Positions 21,251 through 33,620 of a stretch of DNA of 64,000 bases are shown one piece after another. The notes beneath the pieces are model-generated. The model did no database searches. It was not told the DNA's origin and saw only the letters and a list, made by a program, of their open reading frames with translations. The DNA is from Lingula anatina (lineage: Eukaryota; Animalia; Brachiopoda), in contig CM120648.1 in assembly GCA_051362555.1 (NCBI GenBank), positions 13,264,587-13,328,586 of the forward strand, read 5' to 3'. A program made the translations under genes and the position numbers. Positions within the stretch are counted from its first letter, which is position 1. Each line of letters opens with the position of its first letter.

Positions 21251-24200
21251 AGGTCTCCCCTTTCACAAACATTTTTAAGAAGCGCGTAATCGGTTTATTA
21301 TCAATTTATACAATTAAAAGTTGTCTTAAAAATTTCCCCGTGAACCACCACGACGGAGAATTGTAGTGATAATGAAGATGCGCTTTGAAATTTTGACTGC
21401 TATGCCTAATTTTCACTTAAAAGAGAGAGAAGGAGAGAGAGAGAAAGAGAGAAAATTTCCCAATAAAATTCACCCTTGTCGACACATATAAATAGAAATG
21501 CAGTCAAAAGTTTAATGGAAACCTTAGATACGCATTTTTTCACATATATATCATAATTATAACCTAATATCTTAGGCGTGCGATTTTCAACCAAACGGCA
21601 TGTCGTCTGCAGCACAACTCTGACACGCGTTTACTATCTATTCTTCACTCATGCAATGATTGTGTTAGAGCAGAAAATTTCTTTCTTACCAGATGACAAC
21701 TGAAAACTTTGATAATATATTTTTTAATCACCATTAAGATCATCAAGGCCATCAAGATCATCATCATTACAAATCTCTGATGTGAACATCACTTCCGGCC
21801 AGTCATATATTACTTCAGTGGACTTAATTTGCATGTAAGAGAAAAATTAATTTTTTTCCGATTTTGTCTTTTCTCCAATTTTTTTCATTATTTTCAAAAA
21901 GTAACATTCCGTTTTGCTCACAAATTGAGACACTTTTGATCTACACGAACTGTTTGTAAATTATGTAATTTGAAATAATTTTCATATCACAGACGTGTAT
22001 CACGTTTTCACTCAACAGCCATAAAACTCGACGATAGCTGTATGGGTATAAAAGTAGGTCAATTGCCTGTATAAAATTGACATGCGATTATTGATTTTTT
22101 AGTTTGGACCGTTTTAGGGGGGAGACACAAGTGGGAGATGTATCAACATACAAGCACAACATTTCGGTTGCATACGATTACTGAAAGGCAGAATATATTG
22201 CAAATTTCCACAGAAAAGAGGAAAAACTAGCCCACATCTCCAGCTTCACCATGTAGAACTTTATAAATGCCACGGTACCTATCTATTTCATCTGACTCTC
22301 CCTAAAATATTTCAGACCGCGTTAACTGTTCAGGTCCCGGGAAGCGCGAAGCACCCAGCGTGGTGGCAGACGCAGGTGCTCTGCAGACGACACATTGCAT
22401 TCACGCAAGAGGGGGGAGGGGGTAAAGGTTTTCTAGGGAAATGCTGTATTTTATTACATCTGACAATATACGTGATAAAGGAAGGAAAACTGACTTTTTT
22501 AACATTTATATTGACTAAGTATAAATATATATAATATAAGACATTGACATGTCTTCTCAAAATTGACAGAATAAAGAAACGCAAAATGACATAACCTATC
22601 TCCCCTTACATGGCATATCCTATCCGTGAACTTTTGATTTACCTTAATAGCTTTCACACTCCTACACACGCTGAGTTTGTATGGTATCAGTAGAAAGGGG
22701 GCGTATTGTGGGGGGGGGGGGGGGGGGGAGAAGAAGGATTTTTAGTGTTATGGTTTTACTCATGTTGTACTCATCGGGGGGGGGGGGGGGGAGAGAAGAA
22801 TTTTGATTATACTGTAGTGTTATGGTTTTACTCATGTTATATTTTGTATAATAAAACATTTTATTTTCAAGGATAGATCTGAACTGAGAGCGTTGACAAC
22901 GGTTTTATATCCGAGCCCACGGCTGTTAATTATGCTGTTCTGCACATTCCGTACCTTAAAGTCATAATAACTCTTCGTTTCGGCCAAAAAATTAATTTTC
23001 CTGGAGTAAACAACAATTTTCCCATACTTACCAATGATTAATGAATCCATTTTTACATTCAAAGTTAGTCCCTGGTTTTTTCTAAAAAGTTTGGTTTTTT
23101 GTTAAAATCTCTTAAGAGATTTTAACATAGTATAGCCATCAATGGAGGTCACGTGGTCTAAAGACAAGCTCAGATATCAGAATAATAGCTATAACTGCCG
23201 TTTTTGTGGTAAAACAGAATATATTATATTTCTATGAGTTATTCACAATGTTTTATTTGCGAAATATAGATCTCATACAAAGAGTTATTATCCCTTTAAT
23301 ATAATTTTGATCTGATTTGTTTCTTTGATGGATTTACCAACCTACAACTTTGAGCATTGGATTTGCCCCCCCCCCCCCCCCCCCCCCCCTCCCTCCCTCT
23401 TCGCACCTGGCTGTAGGGGAGACGGGGCTAGTTGGCCCAGTCAATATATTGCAGTTAATATGCATCTTTATAAAAACTGTTATATTCGATAAAATATTCA
23501 TCATCATTCTTTGTGGAAGAGGGTAATTGTCTTTTTCAATTTACAAAGTAAAATGTTTTAAGTATTTTTTATTTGTATTACTACTACCCATTTGGTACAA
23601 AAATAATGTGAAAACCAGTGCATGTTGTGATATAAGATGATTCTGTTACATATAATTGCAGTGAATTGCAGGGGTATTCTTCTTGATGAAAGTCACCCAA
23701 GAATCGTTTTTTTTTTTTTCCAAGTTGGCCAAATGATTCAAACTTGAAATTGGATTAAATAGAATAAAATGAATGTTGACAACATATTGCTCTTCCTTGT
23801 GTTTGAACACATAAATGGACATCTTAAATAAATACTTGAACAGAACCATTTGTATTTCAGTATTTTTTTAACGTACCATGAGCACAGTGGTGGAATGACA
23901 GGCAAAAACAACAAATGCCATCATATTTTAACAAATATTTATTGTTTATGAAACTATACCATATATGACAACATTGCCAGTTAATATTACACTAGAGCTT
24001 ATACCAACATTGTCTTTGCACTGTCCAACATATTGCAACTGTTACAGAGACTACTAAATTTTTTATTTCTAATTACAAAAATGTCATTTTCCAATATTGC
24101 AAGCTAGCAGGATTGCAGCGTTAACAGAAATATATCTTAATAATGAAAACATATTGGTGACTTTGCTCTGCCTTTGATTAGTGTGCATCTTAATGAAAAT

Positions 24201-26227
24201 CGTACATATACATGACAACAGAAGAAAGCTATGTAAATACGATACAAAACAAAGACTAACAATATGCAGAAAAACCAATCCAGGAAGTCTTCCAACCAAT
24301 AGCAGTTGCACTGAACACCTCATTATTAATTAAATCAGCCATTAGGTTTTCAGCTTACAAGTTTGAATGATAAAACTCCCGCCAATACATGTTTAATTTT
24401 ATACATGCATTAATTAGTGCAAATTGTGTATGTATAATAAATACAGAAATATACAGGTTTTCATCAAATACTGATACTACAGTCCCCGTGGAGATCCATT
24501 TTACAGGGGCCTGTTGAACAAAGAAAAAAAGTTCAAATCGGTCTTAGCGAAGTCTGCTGAAAATTTCAGCCATCAAAGTAGTTTTTTTTTCCTCAAAGAA
24601 TTGTAAGAGCTGCTAATTGCATTTTGTAAACTCGGCCCACAGGCAAAATTGTTATTTCCTTGATCTTAGTCAAATGCTCAAAGCCTAATATTGCACAGTC
24701 AATCTTTGCTAATTGACTAAATTTGTTTAGAAGACTTTGCTAAGTACAATTTTTGTAAAACAGGTCCCATGTGAGATTACCTAAGAGAGAAATGAAATAG
24801 TAAAATTGCTTGCATCTGACATCCTCAACACGATTTGAACCTTAGTCTGAATCAATACTGTAAATGATCAAATTTTGCCCAAAATGTTACCTTATTGGGA
24901 TTAAGGGTCAAAATTAACCTTCAGTCAGATAAGACCTGGAGTTAATCAAAGTCACATTTAAAATGTTACAATCATCAGTTTTGTGAGACCTGCTCATAGG
25001 TCAAATGTGAAAAATACATACATGATTACAAGCTGAAATAATTGCTTAAGTTAAAAAGACCTGTTTTGTAGAGCAAGATGTGAATATCTTCTTAATTTAC
25101 GTGCTAGATTTATAATATGTTTAAGATCAATATTATACAAACAAATTAACATATCCACAACTAGCCTATCCATCTACCTTTTCTTTTAGATCTGTAACTC
25201 AATTTTTATCAATCTGTTAAGACCTGTCACATTTGATCCGATGCTTTGATAGATTTGTTACATTGTGCTTCGATACTGCAGGAAGTAACAAAATGTACAG
25301 TAGAAATAAATACCTAATAAGAACAAATGAAGAAGACAAATCCTGCTGCAGTAATGTCTAAGGTTTTACAAACATGTAAAACAGTCATACATTTTTATAT
25401 TCATAATTTACCATGAAGAAATGGTACAAATATATACACATAACATAAAGTGAAAAAACATAAAAACATCTTTAAAAAAAAAACTGAGACTTGCCACATG
25501 CAATTAAAAAAAACTGAGACTGAATTACAGGTTAGGAAAAGCATTACAAATGTTCTATATTCTATCAAAATATAACAAAGTATATGCAGTGCCATTCAGC
25601 AAGGACCAGATATTATTTTACCTTGTTATCATGCAAGCCTTCTTTGCAAAAGCACCCCAGCAGCTGACCTAAGCTTTATACACTCATGCTTCAGAAAGCT
25701 TTCATCAATCTAAATTAAAAAGATAAATAAATAAAAGTAAAAAAAAAAAAGACTTCAATGAACTAAAAAAAAAAAATCCCATACCCCATTTACCAAATAA
25801 CAATTACCAGATTTGAGGAAATGTAAAATTAAACTGATGGGTTTCTTAAGAAACAAACAACACATGCCATGCAAATAAAACATAAAAAATTAAATATATA
25901 AATAAATAAATAAATAAAGAGATACTTGCGCTAGCATTTCCAGTAAAACTAAACTATTCACATTGAAATTTTGTTACAGGTTAATAGGTACAAAGTTATC
26001 ATTACTCCTTGGCCTCTGCTATATAGCATCAATGATATGAAAATATCCAGAACTGCCTACCCCTAAACAAAATACAAACCAAGACCAAAGGGCCTGCTGA
26101 AGGGGGCAAAACGTGTTAAATATTACATGCATGTTACAAGTGTGCCCCCACCCTCCCCACCAAATCATGACTGCTCCAACAACCCCGGCGACTTTTGACT
26201 GAAAATGGGCCAAACTCCAGTCATCAG

Positions 26228-26383
26228 CAGTGTTTGCCTCTTAGGAAAATTAGTTGCTGGACCGAAAGTCCAGCCATTTTAAAAAGTGGCTGGACTGAAT
26301 GTCTGCTGGGTGGGAAAACTTCTCAGCCCGTTCTGAAAGCTGTCAGCCACGGGCAGACGGTCCAGCCTTAATTTCTAACACTG
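26228..26383. mobile_element. hAT-type MITE with 8-bp TSD GTCATCAG
   Basis: CAGTGTT...AACACTG termini; GTCATCAG at 26220-26227 and 26384-26391. Confidence 0.88.
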
Positions 26384-28613
26384 GTCATCAGGCACCATAA
26401 GTCCAGTCTTGTAGTCTGAGGTCATTATTCAGACTTGTTTCCGGTCTAAATATGTCCTAGTCTGACAGGAAAATCTGACAGGATCCCAAAAATTCAAACG
26501 CCAACAATTACTAATTTTTGTTTCCATGTTGCTCACAAAGCTCATTTTGTATATGAAACTCTAATTCGGCAAACTAATCCCATCATGCAATGTTAACTTA
26601 ACAAACCTTTCACAAAACATGTCTCTGCTTTCAAATTCTGAAAGCCCCTCCCAAATCTTCCTTCTCAGTAAAGTCATCTCATGATAAATCATTGTGAATT
26701 TGACTGCATAACGAAATGAAGAGTTTGCAACCCTCGACTTTGTTTATCTGATTACCGAGTACAGAAATTTCTGAAGCAAAAAAAGATCAGATACTTCATC
26801 AGCAGTGCCTGAATTTTGTCATATCACGTTGCTGCAGAACAGGGTTAGGAAGAAATCTTTAACTAAAAGTTTGTCTGCGTTTACTGGCAGGTAAAAACTA
26901 AGCACTTGACAGGCAAAGCATACAATTCATACCTTTTTCCATGTATTACAAAATATACCATTTAGAAAGCGAGCACCTAGCCACTTCAACAGAACTATAC
27001 AATTAAATTTTAAGCACTAATATACATATAGATATATATAAATACATGAAAATACAGTCAAAAATGAGGTAAATCTAAAGTTATGATTGCCATAGCACCC
27101 AATTATGAAATTGTGTATAGTCCCACTGACAGGTCTCAGCTCATTAATAAAACTAATAGTATTACATTACAATACAATACTTATGTCCATGTGGTCTACA
27201 CATTAAACTAGAAACTTTTAACAACATCATGTCATTGTTATTCATTGGTCTAAACTGATTATTATTTTCATAATAAAATATATTCTTGCCAATAACTTTT
27301 TTCTTAGTGGAGATTTCTGTACATTTATCCTCAGATTGGCAAGGTTAACAATTTCATGGTACCAAGCTATAAGCGCCATCTATACTAGCACAGAGTACTA
27401 TTTTTTTTTAACTTGGGGGTTGTCTTACTAATGCCCCAAACTACAGCAAGCTATGGGTACAATGGGAAAAATATATCTGGGACTTTTATTTTCATTTTGC
27501 AATTAAGTTGACTGATACCAGGACCATTGACTCGACTTCAGTGATATAGAAATATTGAAGATTTGTTTTGGGGGTACATGAGGTTAACTTTAACATTGAA
27601 ATGTGCCCAGTAGAATATCCAGGCTTAAAATCTTACTACGAGCACTTATGATTTACACAAAAGTATGTGAAAATTAAAAAATATGTTAATTTTTATGTGC
27701 TCTCAAACACATTGTTTAAAATAATTGACTTATGTGCTATTGAATCCTAAAAAAAATCATACTTCTTGTAAATGTTTCACACAATCGGTGTAGTCTGTCC
27801 ACATATGTAGTCCTTTGTGGCGATATCATGTGGATTTTCAAGGTCAGCAGTATTTAATGTGCCAATGTTTCCATTTATTACACAAGATGTACCACTCAGG
27901 AAGCAATTGGCTGCCTAGCATCCTTGCCACTAATTCTCATCAATAATTTCCATCAAATGGTTTTAGAAGAACCTTGTTGGGGATAGAAATTCTAGAGAAC
28001 GTGAGCGAAGCTGGTCTCAGAGCACCTCATTGCTTTAAGGGAGAGCCAATAGACATCAGTGCCATCTGCTTGTGCTGATATTAAGCTTATTATGGTAAGC
28101 CTTTACTGACTTTCATTCAATCAGGGATGCGACTGGGCCCGAATAAAATCTTTAGAAATTCGAGAATTCCCCATATAATGAAATCCATGTAGAAACACAG
28201 TTCTGTGTCTATTTCAGATCTATTTGCCCGAGTCGTCTACTGTCCATGCCTCTCACTGTTGTCTTGGGTGGAGACCACTCACAGCAATGAATTCTCCAAA
28301 GTATCAAAAATAGTGTAGCACATTTCCAGTAAATGTTTTCAGGCAGAATTTAATCTCTTCAGTTTGGACCTCTTCCTCACCATTAAATATTATGTTTTTG
28401 GTCACTGAATTCTTGTCACTGTTCTTTACACCTCTTTGTATAAAGTGCAGTTTGTAATTCTCATCAACTGGTACATGTCTGATATAAAGTGCAGCTTACC
28501 CACAGAGATCTTCTACTGTCACCTACTTAGTTTCAATTTCTCAAAAGATGAACATTTCCTAGTTCAATTTGACCTGCTTCATATTTCTTCCCTGTCAGGT
28601 CCATTGGTCGACA

Positions 28614-31527
28614 TTATAAATTTGTGTGCTGTTGGTTGACGAAATGCAGCGTAAACTCATTGCGATCAGAGCACATCTTGTGACATATGTTACACTCCCA
28701 GGGATTGGTTGGACTATGCAGAGAAGCATGGAGATAGTAGATCCCACGCTCGAAGAACAGAATGTTGCAGTGTTCGCACTTGAATATTCGCCCCTGCATT
28801 ACATAGTGGTCAATGACATCATCAAGATCAGGAAATTCTGGAGGCTGGGCGTTATGCTGAATGGCGACATCCCGGACCTCCTTTTGGACCGTGAAGCGTG
28901 GATCTCCCAGCGTTGTTAGGGCGTGGCTGGAGGGAATAGAGAGAGGAGGACTAAGGGGGTTCGTGTGGAACCCCAAGGAATATAAATCTCGGCTGTAGAG
29001 AGTTCTTTGGTTTGCGAACTGGTCCCCTGGTGAGAGTCCCGGTGGAGAGAAGGCAGCCGCCAGCCCACCGAAGTTGAGATTCTGAACAGGATTAGAGATG
29101 GGAGCTTGAGGGATTCCTACGACATTTGTGCTACGAGATTTGGAAAAGATGGCATCGATCCCAGGTAAGGGAGTTCTCTGGATCACACCATCTCCTGTGG
29201 GGGTAGAACGAGGAGGAGGAGGAGGAATAGGTGTTCCCTGTCCTTGCTGTTGCTGATGATTCTGCTGATGTTGATGCTGTTGTTGCTGATGTTGACTTTG
29301 CTGTTGCTGATTCTGATGATGCTGTTGGTGGTGATTGTGTTGTTGATGATGCTGATGCTGGGAGTTGACGAGTGGCTGCTGATGTTGCTGATGCTTCTGC
29401 ACTGCATCCACACCCCCCTCCAGCTCAGCCCTGTGATTGTGATTTGTGCTGCCACCATCCTCAAACTCCTCCATTTCCTTCTTCACAGTCAGTTCCATGG
29501 GGAGAGAGTTTTGAGAATTATTCAATGCTGTGTGGTCAATGTCGGGACGCGAGGACGATGAGGAGGCGTTGGCAGTCGCGCTTAACCTCTCTGCAATGTT
29601 GTCAATCCTCGTCCCTGCTGAGGAGGCAGCAGGCTGTTGTTGCTGCTGTTGCTGTTGTTGATTCTGATGTTGTTGTTGTTGTTGTTGTTGTTGCTGTGAA
29701 ATATGGAGATTGTATGGAAATGACTGGCCGCTGGTGACTGGTGGAAATGTTTGCCCACTGGCCACTGCCTGCTGGACCGAGGCCACTGCATTTAATACTG
29801 CCTGCTCCGAGGTTGACACATGCTGTAACTGCTCCTCCAGCTCCGGGGACACCCCGCTAGTAGGGGGGCTCTCCCGCGACCCCGCACTCTCCGTGCTGTG
29901 ACGGTTGGGCCGCGTGGTGTCTAAGAACTGTGGCGGGTGGAGTTCCATGATGTGCTGATTAAGCTGGCTGGGGGTGGGTGCAGTAAACGAGCAAATGCTG
30001 CAGTGGAGCATCACTTGGGGGTGGGCGAATAAATGCTTCTTCAGCTGCGGCTCAGAGTCAAAATGTTTGGCGCAAATTGTGCAACTGAATGGCTTCTTGT
30101 GCACGCTCCGGTGCATGACCCAGTTTGAGCGCGCCGCAAAGCGCTTATTGCACACTAAGCACACATAAGGTTTATTTCCATAATGCAGATTCTGATGTTC
30201 CATTAATGTGTGTTTGTATCCAAAGCGTTTTTTACAAATGTTACATTCAAAGGGTTTCTCACCAACGTGGATGAGTCTTACGTGACGCACTAGTCCATTG
30301 TTGAACTTGAATGTCTTGTTGCAGATCTTACAGCGAAAGATCTTTTTTCCATCCTTGTCCTCCTCCATGGCGCTGACACTGTCTGCTACAGTGGGCGACT
30401 GTCAAAAAGAGAAGAACAGACACAATGAGGACTAGGATCACCTAACACAATTAATATCAGGGAAATTCAAACATGGCTTAATTCACCCAATCCACAATAT
30501 TTTTCAATTATTATTATTATTATTATTAAACATGGAAATTTAAACATGGCTTAATTCACCCAATCCACAGTATTTTTCAATATTCTACCCCCAATTATTA
30601 TTATTATTATTTGCTATATCATAATTTTTATTCCTCACAATTTTAATCAAGAAAGTTGGGAGGACCAGTTGCTTATTTCCTTTTCTTCATGTTTCCACAA
30701 AGAAAAGATCAATGTTTTTAAGGATCAAATGCTTTTAAGGTCAGGGGTATAATGTGGAGTGGTCCCTTACAGAAATAACACAACATGCTGATTTTTTGAA
30801 AAGAAAGAAATGAAATATGATCAATTCCGAGATTTGATCGTCTAGCAGTGACAATGTCATACAAAATAGTTTATATTTCAAACCCTAAACATCTGAATAC
30901 AAGAAAACATCACCTCCCCGGAAATGATAGCCCAGCTTAATAATTAATCCTCAAATGATTTTGATACCAATTTGCAGACACTCAAATTTATAAGTTGCAG
31001 AATACTCATTGATTCAATATCAGCATTGGGCAATCTTATATAGTAAACATTTCTCAGATAATGTTAACTTTCAAATACTACATTTGAAATTTTCTCCCAA
31101 GAGCACTTTAAGCTTTCAGCAATGGATTCAGCATCCAAATTGTCAACCTTTTTAGATTAACTATATACAAAATATTTTTCCCTGAATTACATTAATTGTT
31201 TATTCACCTCTGCTTTGATAAAATATTCAAGCAGTAACCACACATTCTGCGGGCAGAGGATATAGGGAAAATATCTCAAGAGTGTGTGTGTGTGTGTGTG
31301 TGCACGTGTATGTGTATGTGTGTGTGCGCACGTGTGTGTGTGTATGTGTGCATGTGTGTATGTGCGTGTGTATGTGTATGTGTGCATATGTGGGGTGTGT
31401 GTGTGTGTGCGTGCGTGCATGCATGCATGCGTGTGTGTATGTGCCCGTCTTTTCATACCTGGAGAATTTCTGACTTAACCATTCCATCCTTGTCATCTTT
31501 AACTCCCGGACTGACACTATCGGCCAT
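28614..31527 (-). CDS. Ikaros/Hunchback-family C2H2 zinc-finger protein; coding exons 31527-31459 and 30398-28614; 617 aa
   Basis: Five N-terminal C2H2 fingers (HVGEKPF linker) and a Q/H-rich middle. C-terminal pair [53 protein letters not shown] matches the Ikaros dimerisation fingers. Upstream exon [23 protein letters not shown] splices in phase 0. Confidence 0.88.
31282..31443. repeat. Degenerate (GT)n microsatellite
   Basis: Direct reading; adjacent to the splice donor of the zinc-finger start exon. Confidence 0.95.
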
Positions 31528-31725
31528 GACAACGGGATCCTGCAAAGACAAAGTAAAAACAAATATAACAACTATAACACTATCTGCCATGACAACGGGA
31601 TCCGGCAACGACAAAGTATAACAAATATAACATCTATAACACTATCTGCCATGACAACGGGATCCTGCAAAGACAAAATATACCAAATATAACACTATCT
31701 GCCATGACAAAAGGACACTGCACAT
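31515..31725. repeat. About 55-62-bp tandem repeat (4 copies) containing the zinc-finger gene 3' splice site and start codon
   Basis: ACACTATCKGCCATGACAACGGGATCCTGCAAAGACAAA recurs at about 31515, 31577, 31639 and 31692. Confidence 0.9.
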
Positions 31726-31915
31726 ATAAAGTGTAAACATTTATACATAAAACCATCTGTAAGAAAGACCAGGACAGGTAGTGTTCAGAATTGACATTGA
31801 TAAGTTTGTCTGCCCGTCACAGCTTAACCTCAGGTCTGAAATTTTTCATTAAAAACTGTGCCCCAATGCAGGGGAACACTGTCCATTTGTGGACATCATC
31901 AGTAAGCACTAAACG

Positions 31916-32087
31916 CTGGGGTAGCGCTAACACTTGCCAATTAAACCAAATGCTAAAGCGGACTTATGTTGGCTATACAAAAAGGGCTTGATTTGACTTG
32001 TTTTAGTCAATTATAACCATTTGGAAAACAAATTGACAAAAACAGTGGTAAGTTGGCTAAGCGCAAAAATTTCTAGTGCTACCCCAG
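31916..32087. mobile_element. MITE family A copy 2
   Basis: CTGGGGTAGCGCTA ... TAGTGCTACCCCAG. Confidence 0.85.
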
Positions 32088-32723
32088 CAGCAGCTAGCCA
32101 CTGCTGGTTCATTAATGAGCTAAGGAAAGGCCTCCACACACCCACTTCCCCAAGACTCCAATTTCCTCTCTTCTACAGTAATAACCTACCTTTCCATGGT
32201 AGACCCCTAGGTAGAAAATTTAGTTCTGAGCTAAACTAGGTTTGTTTATTTCTCGACACTATTAGGGAATCAAATGCAGACGTTGGCATGTGCAGGTGTG
32301 TTCTATGACTAACTTTTCAAGGCTGTCATTTCTACATGTGTTTAAATAGCAAAGTTCTTTGCTTTTATACGATATATTTCAAAATCTGCTGAATGATACA
32401 CTAAACGTATCCCCGTTTCTGTAAAACATTTACAGCTGACAAATCCAATAAGGCAACCAAAATGCATAGATCTCAATTTCAGGTAAAATCTCCCAGTCTC
32501 TAACCACTGTTCACGAAGGTAGAGAACATAATACCAGCATTGCCATGCGTGGATCAATCTGCTGCCATAATTCACACCCAGCATGCAGTGCTAATCGTGC
32601 CGTTCACATTCAAATGAGGGTCTCTTTACTTCAAAGCTGGCAGGTGGAGAAAATCTTAATGATGGCTTGAAATAATACAGTTTGGCAATGGAATCAAAAA
32701 GTAAAGATTTATTTTGTTTATCT

Positions 32724-32724
<1 letters not shown>

Positions 32725-32760
<36 letters not shown>
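32725..32760. repeat. (CT)n microsatellite
   Basis: Direct reading. Confidence 0.95.
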
Positions 32761-32765
<5 letters not shown>

Positions 32766-33582
32766 ACTCTCAAGCTTCGTAAGCTAATCTCATAGACCAC
32801 TGTTATCCTGCCTGACCTCACATTAGATAGGGCAGATATCTATATACATGGCTCAATTCCATGAAACCTGAGCTACTGACCATGTTAGACATAGCACTAG
32901 CAGTGGAGTAAACAGCGGACCCCCCACCCCTCAATTAAAACAGTAACATCACATCAAGATAAAGCTGAAACTGCATAAATAATTAGGGACATCATCTGGC
33001 TCATAAGGGTCAAAAATTGTACTTAAAGCAATTTCGTGGCTTGGTTAGATCATTATCGGTACCCATCCTCCTACTCTCTCTTTCTGTGTGTGTGTGTGTG
33101 TGTGTGTTTGTGTGCACATGTACAAGTCCGCGTTGATCTGTCCCTCCCACCCTGTCCACTAGTCCATCAATCTGCAGGTACACTGACAAACCTCACTCAC
33201 ACAGACAGAACACACCTGTCCCATACTGCCTGCGCAAGATCCTGGTCCAAGACAGATTTATGACTGATTGTATCTTATAAAGGCAGCAGCCATGTTCACA
33301 CTTGGCTAGGACCTGTTCAGATGGAACTGTACAAGTCAAATGTTAACACGCCTGAACCCATCCAGAACTTGAAGATATATAGCATTTAATATCTTGGAAC
33401 CAAGGTGACAGTGCCACACATGAAGGATGACTATAATTGTGAAAATACCTACAAATGGACTGTTAGCATGCTAGTCACCGATTAAGTGCATTCACTCAAT
33501 TCATTTGTACTTCATTGCTCTATAGCAATGGGCACTGTGCGCATGTAATAAAGACCATATATATATCTGAAGGGATCAATCT

Positions 33583-33620
<38 letters not shown>

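Noticed and set aside
29183-30168. Overlapping alternative-frame and antisense ORFs (poly-L, poly-V, poly-N)
   Set aside because: Shadow frames of the polyQ/H zinc-finger coding sequence.
31187-31621. Cys/Val- and His/Thr-rich ORFs
   Set aside because: Translations of the (GT)n microsatellite.
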